This document shows positions 49,982-61,585 of a stretch of DNA of 64,000 bases, piece after piece (within the stretch, counting starts at the first letter, position 1; each line of letters opens with the position of its first letter). This stretch comes from Phoronis australis (Eukaryota; Animalia; Phoronida). The stretch lies in the NCBI GenBank assembly GCA_002633005.1, contig NMRA01000166.1:186001-250000 (forward strand), given 5' to 3'. The notes beneath the pieces are model-generated. The model was not told where the DNA came from, ran no database searches, and was given only the letters and a program-made list of their open reading frames with translations. Position numbers and translations under genes: made by a program.

Positions 49982-50660
49982 GTTCTTGGAAAGTACTCAC
50001 TGTCCATTATTGCTTCAGACTCGTTACTCGTGGAACTGAATGAGATGATGTTCACCATGAAAATTTACCCAAGATGTTGATCCTATTCTCGACCAATAAC
50101 AAATTTCTTTCCAAGCTGAGAAATCTCTTATTTGAGTAAGAACTAGTTGATAGCAATTTCATCAAGTGTCAATGGTCTTTAATCACATGTAAGTTTTAGT
50201 GGAAGGCAGTTCTTTGCAGCTTTATGTTTTAAGTTGCTGTGTAGTTTGAAGATTTTCAGTGTGTGACACCTTTATTGATGTTCATCATTGTTCAGTTAGA
50301 AAATGTTACGAAAATCCTTGTGTAGAATTGAGTTCCATGTAAAAAGTACTTGGTTGCTGTCACACCTTTAAGAAGTGGATTTTGAGAAAGCAACGTCATC
50401 TTGCAGGTAAAAGTAGTCACTGCCTGGTCCCACCATAGATAATAGACGACAGATTCACAACTCCGACATTTTCTTGAGTGCTATCCTACAGGAGGCGCCA
50501 CTTTCCTAAATTACTAATTTCAGTTTCCAGTTAGTGTATTGTGACGAGAAATTTTCACTATTTTACTGTCCAATACAACGAAAAAAACACGTTTGTATCG
50601 TGAGAACTTTTGGCACCTGACCACACAACAGCCGACCATGATGAGCAGACGTTGTACTTG

Positions 50661-50715
50661 CCGGAAGTAAAACTTGCTTAATTTTGCCAGGTGTCACTAG
50701 TAAATAATGACGTCA
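50661..50715. promoter_or_regulatory. ETS + CRE motif pair, candidate proximal PFN4 promoter
   Basis: ccggaagt (50661-50668) and palindromic tgacgtca (50708-50715), ~770 bp upstream of the PFN4 core exon. Confidence 0.3.
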
Positions 50716-50944
50716 CAGCTTAGGCATACAATTGCAGATTTCATCTATTGAAAATATATGGAGTTGGCGGTCCATTTACTATAGTATATGGTCCCACATA
50801 ATCATCTCTGCTTCACAAAAAATCCATTCTTTTTAAAGTAATTGGTTGATGAACTGAACTTTTACATTTCTAAATGCTGGATGTTGGGATGCCTATTATA
50901 TACCTTGGGGGGGGGGTACATATGGTGAATTGGAGGATACAGAA

Positions 50945-51178
50945 GCCCGTTCCAAGAAAACTGACTTAGCTAAGACAAATCTTAAACTTGAGTCAATTTT
51001 AAGACAAAATTTAAATTTGAACGGGATCTTAAGTTGGACTTAAGATTCTGACTTAAGTTTTGTCTTATATTTGATGTACCGGTAACTTACCAGGTGTTGA
51101 AGTTTTAAAGTTTGGAGATTGAGACAAATCTTAGACTGAAGTAAAAAATGAAGTTAAGATGGTTTCTTAGAACGGGGC
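50945..51178. mobile_element. MITE with TIRs and internal cttaag-rich repeats
   Basis: gcccgttccaagaaa / tttcttagaacggggc imperfect TIR; repeated aagacaaatcttaa blocks. Confidence 0.6.
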
Positions 51179-51482
51179 GCAACTTTTCATTCACAATTCA
51201 GAATAGTGCAATACCCGGATATTGTTGAAAATACTCACCCAATGCAATACCTAAGAGGCCAAAATACCCACCCGGCCCTAGACACAAGAGGGCAAACTGC
51301 CCTCCCAAATTGGTGACGTGTTCCTGCAAACTGCTCCCTATGGTAGAGTTGACAATTTGGAATCACCAACTTGCCTTTGACCTTGATGTAACCCCTCTGC
51401 AGTCGTCTTATCATCTCTTGACATTTGCATACTTTTTCGAATATTCACCGTACTTATTCCTTTGTACTCTAATTCTCTGCAG

Positions 51483-51611
51483 GACCAAATTAAGCTGACT
51501 CAACTGCAGAATCTCCTCCATGATGCACTGATTGCCACTGATCATGTACAGCAATGTGCCATAATAAGAAGGAAGGACTCTTCACTACAGGCATCCAGCG
51601 TAGGATTCCAG
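51483..51611 (+). CDS. PFN4: Profilin-4, first conserved coding exon (DQIK-LTQLQNLLHDALIATDHVQQCAIIRRKDSSLQASSVGFQ)
   Basis: Aligns with recalled human PFN4 [25 protein letters not shown]...ASPGFN; acceptor ctctgcag, donor cag|gtaacc. No in-frame ATG; CTG at 51495 occupies the Met1 position. Confidence 0.88.
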
Positions 51612-53248
51612 GTAACCTATAGAACAACTCTTGTTACGTGTTAGAGTTCATCTAGCATTTGTCATTATGGTCACTATCCAGCAATGCTCTAACCGGCAAG
51701 GCCGTAACCGGCAATGGCTTTTTTACCAAATTAGAAAATCTGGTGAACACGGTTATAGCTTGCACTGGCAACCAAACTTAACAATCTTTGTTTTTATCTC
51801 ATCATCCAAAATAAATAAAAAGTCAAATAGAAGTTAAAATCCAGGTAGAAAAAAATCACTGCCCCCGATGCCACCATTGTCGAGCTGAGTTTTTTAAGCT
51901 CAAATGCAATCTTCCAGCCGAGTGACTGAACTTACTCCCTCTTACAACGCTTTTTCTTGGCTTGGGTTCTCAGCTGACTCACAACAACAAACACTGAGGA
52001 CATCTTTTGGAAAAGTTATAAAGAGCTATAGCAATAGCTCAAAGTCTATGATTAACATTTTAGACAGTTTCAAGTAGATGTTGTTAACCGCAGTTATGTC
52101 TTAGTCATTAACTCCACCAGTTAATGTTTTTGATGTAGAGATCTTAAACAGCTTAAGTTACTCTGTAAAAAGTTCATGCCTGACTAAACTTGAACTGATA
52201 GGTTCATTAACAGGCTAAAAGGTGTGCATTTTCTTAACTCTCTACAGGAAGTCTTGAGTATGCTGGTGTTAAGGGATTGCTTGTTACTTATTGAGCCTAC
52301 TAATTATTGTAACAGTTGAGTTAGTCACAGTGCACAAAATGCAAACTGATAAGCAGTGGGCAAAATATGAGACTTTTATTTTTGACTTATATTGTATTAC
52401 ATGGAATCAGGTTGTATTTGCACAATTCGGAGTATTTTTCTGCGTTGCGTGGCATGTAATAATTTATGAAATTGTTTGAACAGCAGTAAAACATCATCTG
52501 TATTATTCTCCAATATAGTAGGCTTCTACATAGCAGTTGTGCAGTTATGGTATTCAAAAATTTCCTTATGTGAGCCCCATTTAATTAATGCGCTTTATTT
52601 TGTTCATGAAAATTAGCATAAACAGATTTGTGGTGGACAGGGAACCTGGCCAATACCTCTGAATAGGACCAAAAATCAGCTGTGGCATAACAGTTTTAGG
52701 GGTGCAGCAAACTTAATGTCCTTTGGGAATTATGTTGGACCTCTCCCTAGCAATGTAATGGATCTACCAGGAGTACACATGAACCTGTGATCACATAATT
52801 CTTTCCCCTTTATGTTGTATTTTTCATTTTGTTATTTTCCTTTAACAACTTTGCAGGGTTTTTGACGCCTCAATTTTGGGGTCGAATATCTGCCCCATTC
52901 CCCTTTGAAAAATATTTCAAAATCACACAAAATTCCAGACCCAGAAATTCCCCTCCAATGATTAAAAAATTCCCCTCAAGGGTAGAATCCCATCTGCAAA
53001 ACCTTAGTTTTGGCTTCTTGATTCATTGCCATTGAGTGGTGGCTTCCAGGGTGGAATTGTTGGTGACCAGAAGGCATAGGCACCTTTTCACTTAGGTGAG
53101 CGAGGGCCCTGCGTTGAATGACTGGCATTGGACTTGATTGTTGTGGTGAATTGCTTTCTCAATCTTCTTGTGATTTCACTGTTTTCATATTATGCACTGC
53201 TCTCTTATCAATAGGTTTGTGGGTATGTTATTGTTCATTGTCTTTCAG

Positions 53249-53383
53249 CTTTATCAAGACCAAATTCAACTTCTTATCGATGCCTTCAAAAACCCGTCTA
53301 ACACAAGGGAAGAAGGACTGTACTTTGAAGACAAGCAATACACTTGCGCTCGTGCTGACAAGAACTCCATTTACTCAAAATGC
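53249..53383 (+). CDS. PFN4: Profilin-4 exon
   Basis: FKNPSNTREEGLYFEDKQYTCARADKNSIYSK vs PFN4 [32 protein letters not shown]; tttcag / gtaagt sites. Confidence 0.93.
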
Positions 53384-53877
53384 GTAAGTTGATTTTTTTG
53401 TGATTTGTCATGTTTGATTTGATGACCGTAAAGTTGATGACTCGTAAAAGCAAACCGAATCATTGGTAATATATAACGCGCGCGCAGGACATGAATGGGC
53501 AGAAAAATTAGAATAATTGAATTAACTATGGTTAAGCGCTGTGTTTACACTAAATTTAGCTCTGTGTGAAAGTGTGAAGACAGGAATGTGTGGTCATATA
53601 AATTTTATTTTCTTATTTTAAGTAAATTTTTTATGTGAAGGTGTCTTTAAGTGGCAGTTTGTTGAGAAGTTGAAGAATCACTATAAAGTAGAGTCTGCAG
53701 ACAAATGAAAATTCACCACACTAAATCAAAAACTGATTTTCAAAAATAAATTATTCTTTACTTGAACATTGATATTTAATGTTTGGTTATAACCCAATAC
53801 AAAAGAGTCACCCTTTTTCAGGTAACAACGCTTTGTATGCAAACTGATTTCTAAACCAAAGTTATCTTTCATTACAG

Positions 53878-53983
53878 GGCAAAAAAGGCTTGATATTAGT
53901 GCGCACAGCTACTCTGATTCTTGTGGCTACATATAGTGACAACATGTACCCCAGTATATGTGTGGAGGCTGTAGAAAAATTAG
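53878..53983 (+). CDS. PFN4: Profilin-4 exon
   Basis: [35 protein letters not shown] vs PFN4 [22 protein letters not shown]; ttacag / g|gtgagt. Confidence 0.93.
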
Positions 53984-54391
53984 GTGAGTTGTGACACATG
54001 AAGCATGTTTTGTCAAGATAGTGCAACATTAAATCACCATGCTGTCAGATATAGGATGTTGTACGGGGCCCAGCCATAGTCCTCAGGAGAAGCCCTACAA
54101 ATGTCAGACTGGCTGAATTTTTGTGGCTTTTTTTGTTTCTTTTTGAAACCTGAATGTGTAAATCCTTTAAGAATTGTTGATCTATTTATACAATGCATAC
54201 AAGAAGAAGGGTTGACACATACTGCTAATCAATCTGCGTGTCATTAATGAGGCATCTATTGTATTTTGTTATGTTACGCAATAGGTCTTGCATGAGTTGT
54301 CACTTATTGTCTCCATTTTTCTGTTTTCTAGCACTAGTGTTGTGTAGATTTGATTGATAATTTGATCCATTTAGCTTCCTACTTGTTTCAG

Positions 54392-54420
54392 CTGACTATT
54401 TCAAGGAGAAAGGCAAATGA
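54392..54420 (+). CDS. PFN4: Profilin-4 last coding exon (ADYFKEKGK*)
   Basis: Phase-1 acceptor gtttcag; matches PFN4 GDYLRKKGS; TGA at 54418-54420. Confidence 0.9.
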
Positions 54421-55082
54421 ACAACATCAAGTAATTACAGTCGTGACACGAACTCTGGAAATGAAATGCTGAACTTGTTACACGAACCCTAGAATGAACT
54501 ATTATTGTTCATATAGGAGGGAGTTGTACTTTTCTAAGCCTAATTCAGTGCAGCATGTTCTTAATGTAATGGCGACAGGTCTATGTATTGGATGTCTACT
54601 ACGAGTGTCCTCTAGTGACTACGAGATCAAGTGACATTTCTGCTGCTTCCTCCTTGTTGATTTGAAGCTGTGAAAGCAGCCATGAACCCACCTTCCGTCA
54701 AAAAAACTTTTCATTTAGACCACTTACTGTTGTGAAATTGGTCTTGACCTGGTCTTTGCTGAAGTCACAGTTCATTATTGCTTTAGAGCTGGCTCAGTAA
54801 GGTGGCTTGTCACAGTGGGGTATTTGATGCTCCAAACATGGTCTTAAGAAATAACTGTCTGTCAGTTGTTTTACCAGCCCAGAAATTACGGTTCAGAGTT
54901 TTATAGCAGTGAGTGGTGTAAATTAAAGAATGCAGTGACCCTATGATCCCTTTAATTTATGCGTACTGGACGTGGAAACCTACACATCGAACCCTGTCCT
55001 ATTGTTGAATATGCAACATGTTTCTTTGTTGATATTGTTTTCAATGTGAATTCTTTGTAAATAGAATACTGTGCTATTTTTC

Positions 55083-55088
55083 AATAAA
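55083..55088 (+). terminator. Candidate polyadenylation signal of PFN4
   Basis: AATAAA ~660 nt after the stop codon, followed by a GT-rich tract (ttgtgttgttt). Confidence 0.45.
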
Positions 55089-55331
55089 CATTTTTAATAC
55101 ATGATTGTGTTGTTTATGGAAAAGCAATCGATTTTTGTGGTATGTCCAAGTTCCTGGGTATGTTTTGTAATGAAATCTTGTTTGCATTATGTTATGTAAG
55201 AACAAAACTGTAATGCTTAAAGGGATGTCATAAAACAACAATGGGATTTAGCTCTTTCAGCAGACGTTTGGCTGCAATCGTGGGGGTTCATCTTAGAAAA
55301 TAAATTTTCCGGTGGATAATGTCCCTTTGAA

Positions 55332-55409
55332 AGAGATTGCACTTGTATACACTACATACTAGTGCAGTAAGAGATTGCACTAGTATACACTACATACTAG
55401 TGCAGTAAG
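55332..55409 (+). repeat. 37-bp tandem duplication
   Basis: aagagattgcact.gtatacactacatactagtgcagt present twice. Confidence 0.85.
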
Positions 55410-56192
55410 GAATTTTTCAAAACAATCAAAACTAAAATTGAAGCCTCTCAAAGGGTTTGTACTCGCTATTTCCAAAATTAATTAAACAGTAGCTGGAAAG
55501 GGTTGTCAAACATTTTGTAATATATTTTAAATGTTTATGCATGTCTTTGCCGAGCAGGTCGTGGGATTTTGAAAGTTAAAAATTTATAAAATAATTGAAA
55601 ATGTACCGTCAATATCAACATGGAATGATACCCATAGTGTAGTGCTAATAGTACGTTATTTAGTTTAGAGTAAAGCCAAACACGTGCTGAAAATGTTCTG
55701 TTTCTTACGTAGTTTTTTTAGTGTCTCAAATGGTATATTTTGAGAAACCATAAAACCGTAGAATTGGTTCGGAGAGAAGGTTTATAGGCCTGTCGATTTG
55801 GAAATGTGGACCCATGATGGCACGCGCGATCTGTCGGGTGGCGACAAAAACCTTTCAGAACGCAGTAGCTATTACTAGTCTTATTTTGAATAAGTTTACC
55901 ATGGTAAGTTATTGCATATTCATCTTGTCCGCTTCTGTTGGAAATTCGACTTATCTAGTTACTGAACACTTTCTTCTGATTAGCAGCGGAACAGCCTGTT
56001 ATGCTTAACAACTGAACGATTTTGATATGAAGAAAGTCTGTTGGCGGTAAATTAATCGTGTGGACGTCAAGTTGAAAGAAATATTTCCAATAATTTTTCC
56101 ACTTTCCTTGAACAAATATAGTCCAGAAAATACGCTACTGGCCTTAATATTTGGCTAGTTACATGCAAATGAAAATATAATAATCATAAACG

Positions 56193-57187
56193 CATAGGCG
56201 GATTTAGGGGGGGCCGTCCCCCCCCCCTTGGCTGCCGCATAAAAAATAAAACAGCAAGAGCGTAGGGAAATTGGTTGAGTTTATTAATTAACCCCGGTAA
56301 TTAAAATTATTTGGATGAAACAAGATTTAAATGTGTGCAGTTTTAGTGTTTGGGGGGGGTTCAGATCCAATTTCATGTGTCAAATTCGGAACACGGCGCA
56401 TTCGTAACAGAACTATGGCTAAGTATAGGCTCTCCCGCGATATCCCAGGCGACCGGCAATGACGCTGCGCACTACGACTCCGTTTCCGTCGTCTGCTCCA
56501 CTGTGAAATGAAGAAAATTTAATTCATTTTTTAAAGAAAATGGAACCTCAGTGACGATAAAAAACAGACGCTGCTGGTAAGATGTGAATTTTAATCGAAG
56601 CCTTAGTGAATCGCTTAGAAACTCATAATTCTCTCCTTGTCAAACCTTAACTTAAGACGATTTCTAAAGCAATTCCATCATTGCCAACACGAAAAACGGA
56701 TTTGGTCTTTTGGGCAATTGAATACTGAACAAATTTGTTACGTACCGATTGCACAAATTATAAAACGTGTAATAAGCATTACAAAAAGAAGTAGGTTTCG
56801 CGCGCAAAGGCTGTGGGCCATAAACAAGTAGGTTTCTTAATACAAGATTAATCGTGGTGGTGTAGTGGTAAAGCACGTGCGCTTTATTCGCCAGGGCTTG
56901 AGTTCGAGTCTGTGATATTTGCAGTTTTTCCTGTTTGACATGTTCTCCGTGTTTTTTTTTTTTTTTTTTTTTTNACATGTTCTCCGTGTTTTTTCCCCTT
57001 TTTTCTTGGATAATACTTCAGGAATCAAGGAAAATGCTTGATTTTTAGAGGAAAAAACAGAAAAATTTCCCCCCTCCCGACCTCCCCCCATTCGGTGCTA
57101 TGCGCATCTACAATCGTGGTTGGGCGCAAATGCTTATAGCCGGACAAACTGTTGTCCCCCCCTTGTGATATCTTAGATCCGCCACTG
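56193..57187. mobile_element. Non-autonomous DNA transposon with 5-bp TSD carrying a tRNA-like segment
   Basis: Termini cataggcggatttagg / ttagatccgccactg; AAACG at 56188-56192 and 57188-57192. Confidence 0.78.
56853..56918 (+). pseudogene. Degenerate tRNA-derived sequence (Pol III A and B boxes)
   Basis: A-box tggtgtagtgg (56858-56868) and B-box gagttcgagtc (56900-56910) at tRNA spacing; acceptor and anticodon stems do not pair well. Confidence 0.5.
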
Positions 57188-58619
57188 AAACGTAAATCTA
57201 AAACAAAATGTGAAGCATTTTAGGTGAGTGTACTTACAGTGTGACACGACAATTCCTGAAAGTGTCCTGCTCTGGCGCACCAGGGCGGGCTCCGTTTTCC
57301 ACACGCACACACTACTATTTGTTAGGAAAATTTGTCATTTTATTTAAAAGGAAATAGAACATGCAACGCTAAAAATTTCTTTTTCCGAGATCATGCTGCA
57401 TTCAAAACGATTAATGATAGTTTGAATGCTTTAGAAGCATAGTTACATCAAGTTGAACTTCTCAAGTAGTCGATGATCACTGACTTCACGAGTCAATAGC
57501 GCCGGATTTTTTACACGGCGATAGAACTCTCCTTTGTCTCGGGATTAGAAAGCGCGTGACCTCGTTTTGTAAATCAGTCACATTTTCACGGTGTCTCTCA
57601 TTCATGTCGGGAAGGCGAAGAATTTCAGATCACGTATCTACGGGTATTTGTAATATATAATCAAACTTACGGTCGCATAGGATTTGCAACCCACAGCATA
57701 GCAGTAATTCACTGGCATTGGAAGGACGAATAGAATGATGCAACCGAGAAAAACTTGTAAAGAACCAGACAACAATAAATAACATTTGAAACCCCTATGG
57801 CACGAAAACGAGGCAGTAAATATGCCTGTCAGCATTGTAGGCAAATACAGCGAGTTCCGGGTGTGTAATCCGGGATGGCTCTATTGAAATGTTGGATGGT
57901 CATACTTCATGCAACTACTGCGATTGGCTGGACAACGGGACGTGGTGAGATGTATGGGAAATTTTTGATCTCGGTCAGCATCACCATGCACAAATGGATT
58001 TTTTTCTGAGTGAGGATAACGAACTGATCAGGTGGTAGAAAGATTCTTTTCCAATGAGTTCCTAACAGCAAAACAGTACTGATAAGCACCACAGCACCAG
58101 CTTTGGTGTGCTTGGAAAATTTTGATGCTCCAACGAGAATGAAAGTGTTTTCTCTCTTTTTAGTGACAGCGGATGTGAATCGAGAACTTAATTTTGATTT
58201 AGACCTCTTAGCACACTAAAACTTGTTCCTTACTCGGATGGTAAGTGATTTATGGGTTTGCAAAAGATGGCAGATCGTTGTTCGTTGAGTCTATGCGCGT
58301 AAAATGGTACGCCCTGGCACTTGAGCCAATTAATATGCCATAGCGAGCCTGAGCTCAACAAGTAACGCTCCAGTTCTTTCGGAGACCTGAAATCATCCAA
58401 TTTTACTAAGGAACAAGCTGAGACCTTGGTTTTACAATGAGAAGCGATCGAAATCCATTGAATTTGTTTTTCGTGAATGAAGTTGTGAGTGTGGCGTAAT
58501 TGGCAAAACGGAGCTGCTCAAACCTACTGTGGGAAACACCTACAGTTTATATTACTAGCTCAGCTGCCCCCCGCCCCCAGTCCTTGGTCGAGCATGTACG
58601 TCACTGACGATTAAGCATG

Positions 58620-58695
58620 CATGGGCGGCGCACCGGCACAGGGGCGGCTGAGGGGGCTTTAGCCCCCCACTTTTTTCACTGCTGCGCCGCCCATG
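58620..58695. mobile_element. Tiny MITE with 13-bp TIR
   Basis: catgggcggcgca / tgcgccgcccatg; TTAAG on both sides, with an extra catg on the left. Confidence 0.7.
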
Positions 58696-60292
58696 TTAAG
58701 ACGGCACCATTTGACGTTTCTGCAGGTATATCCTTTGCCACCTTGTCACATATTCCACCACCTAACGCAGTTCGCTGTCATCTACACTAATAAAGTGGGT
58801 GCAATGATGCATGAACATTAGTTAGAAAAGATCGTAGTTGTCTTCTCGGAAAAGGTTTTTTCTTCGACGTGTTTTCCGGTCATCGGGACTAAAATTGCGA
58901 GACATGAAGAACTCATTTTGTTGATCGAAATTTGTGAATTTGTGTTTTCAGCCTAGGTAATAAAATTTTTGGTCTGGTGTATACAGAAATTAAATTGTTG
59001 TTCACTATATTTCAATTTCAATATATCTTTTTTGTTCTCGGTTGAGCAATTATTTGTGACACCAACCGTATGTTTGTTTTTTGCAGTCCAAGTATGAAAA
59101 ATTCTCTTGACACGGAACAAACCATAGGTATTATTGTCTATGGATTAAACCTTGGGAGACGCAGAAGACTTTAACAGACAATCCCGCGCTTTGCAATATA
59201 TTTAAATCCTGACTGGGTAGCTCATGTTCTGACCATCTTCTGATTTTTCCACCTTCAGTCCAATCTCGGATCCATACCTGGTGGGCGGGGCGCTTTGTAC
59301 GGATTAGCGCGTGCGAAAGGCGAAGAGATTGTGTGTTTCTCACGCGCTAATCCGTCGCAAGAAGAACGTCCCCCCTCCGTCATATGAGTGGAACGATTAA
59401 AAACTTATGTACGCGGCCAACACAGTTAGTGAAAATGTTATACAGCTTAAAAGAGTACATGTTGTCATTTGGCTTCCCTGTAACGCCTTTGCAGGGGGTC
59501 TAGCCGTCACCCCCGTCACACCGCTATCGAGAGAGAGTTATCTCTCAGTTATTGTTGTCTTGACAGTTTTATTCTCAAAAATCAAAAAAAAACAAAAAAC
59601 AACTGTTTCCCATACAGAGGTTTTCGACTCTCGGCCGACATTGTTCAATATGGGAAACCTTGCAAACAATGAAAATGATTCATTGCCCCTAGGAACTCTT
59701 ATTTGTTCCTATGTTCAGATATCGGAATCTGGGTCATGGGCGTACACGGCATACTTTTTCAGCATCATCATGGTAATTAATAACTGTGCACTTCCCCACC
59801 ATTCCACTGCCTGAATACACAGGTTATTTCAGCGACAAAACGATAGGTTTCGTGCCGGGTTGTTTCTCATTGGACTCGGTCCAGTCGTAAACACGTGTCA
59901 GGAGGCCTTGTCATGTTGCGCAGCTTGGTAAAACGAGATTATTTATAATTAGTTATAAGAGATAGGTTGCGTACGGTTCTGAAGCAGAAGACCAGCTGGT
60001 CCCCATCGGTAAATATACTTCACATTATTATACAACCAAGTAGCACAAAGAACAGATTGTATTATTGCTAGTGCTATCAACATTAATCCGTACGTTGAAC
60101 ACACGACACTTTTCATTATCGGTGATCGTTTCGTTTTTCTCATAATTCCGGGCGATCCAAGAAAGGGCCAATGATACAAAAGTTGACCAAGAGACATCAG
60201 TAAATTAACACACAAACAATATTTTTATTGTTACTATTAACTAACCAGCTTCATAAATACTTTCTCTCATTTGCAGCTGTTTTTGTATCGTC

Positions 60293-60293
60293 T

Positions 60294-60328
<35 letters not shown>
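60293..60328 (+). repeat. (TTG)n microsatellite
   Basis: About 11 perfect TTG units. Confidence 0.95.
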
Positions 60329-60329
<1 letters not shown>

Positions 60330-61062
60330 CTCTGGTCATTTCCAAACATCGACAACTTTCAGATGCACATGGTGAAATAACGCTGGCATTAGATATTCAA
60401 AAATACTGCTCGTCAAAGATTATTAAACCAGGTGCTCATCATGGCATATTCCGTTCATCCTCAAAAATCTATTATTCACGTTGGGTTCAAGAACGCGTGT
60501 CGCTAGCTCAGTGTTAATTACAACAACACTAAAACAACACATTAGAACTCTATTCGCTGACGGTGCGGCTTGGCATACCGAACCGCGTGAGATACAGGGT
60601 GCTCCGAATAGTCTTTAAAAAGTGTTCGCGAAACCCCGATCGGTAAAGTGCAAACGCGAAAATTGAAAACTGTTTCACAGATGACGCAGTTGGTGTAACT
60701 AAACATCAATAAATCAGTCTGGAATTGCTCATCTCTGAGTATTGTCCATTTCCTGTAAACTGTTGTATATCGGATTCAGTGCGGGACATGTTCAAGAACA
60801 GCTAGCTAGCGCCAACTGCCGAATATCCGTCAGAACGTTAGTCAAAGTTTCTATTGTGAGGAGGAGAATGGCACTAACTATAACGTCAATATAGCGTGGC
60901 AGGTATATTGTCCAATGCGTGATGCTGGACGAAACGCTAGGAATGCTGATAGGCCAGACTGGTGCATTTGGAAATCCACTAGACAGAAGATTGTTTGTAA
61001 TGCACCATCGGTTACGACTAAGTGTAAAACTGCTGGTATCTCAGCTATGTCATTATAGCCTA

Positions 61063-61189
61063 CATACAGCACTGAAAAATTGGGGGTTTAAAGCCCCCCC
61101 AGCCCCCCTGTGGTGCACCGCCTATAGACCATGGGCGGCGAAGCACTGAAAAAGTGAGGGCTATAGCCCCCCATGGTACGCCGCCCATG
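61063..61189. mobile_element. Tandem pair of tiny MITEs of the 58620 family
   Basis: catgggcggcg / cgccgcccatg TIRs at ~61130-61189, preceded by a partial copy; shared core gcactgaaaaa...agcccccc. Confidence 0.6.
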
Positions 61190-61585
61190 ATATGCACAAT
61201 ATTGCCCTTAGAGTAAAGGTGATTTTTTAAAGGATGAGTTAAACTTGACTTCCGCAGTAGCAGCAAAACGATGATTAGCTATTTCGATTCAAGAATAATT
61301 AATTAGTTGAGCCGTTCTCGGAATTTACAAAATTTAAGACATGAACACAAGTGAAGCTGTGTGCAAACCAATTGTACAAAACAATTTTCTGAAAAAAGCT
61401 TATTTGGGATATATAGTTTATGCATGGGCATAAATACGTTCGTGTTTAGATAATTGTTGAAGATCGTTTACAATTCGTTTCGAATCGTCTTTCTTGATGG
61501 TGCGACGTTTCGACATACCCTGTGCGCGCAAAGTTGCCTTCAACTAGACTCACAGCAGTCTAGAGCTTTGAATTATCTCAACAAA

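Noticed and set aside
55217-55331. ttaaaggga...tccctttgaa, possible tiny Kolobok MITE
   Set aside because: TIR too short and the right TTAA is imperfect.
56935-56998. Direct repeat acatgttctccgtgtttttt around a poly-T run
   Set aside because: Straddles an 'n' contig join, so probably an overlap artefact.
61454-61585. 44-aa N-terminal extension of the C11orf96-like ORF
   Set aside because: Starts at TTG; the ATG at 61586 has good Kozak context and sits just before the homologous region.
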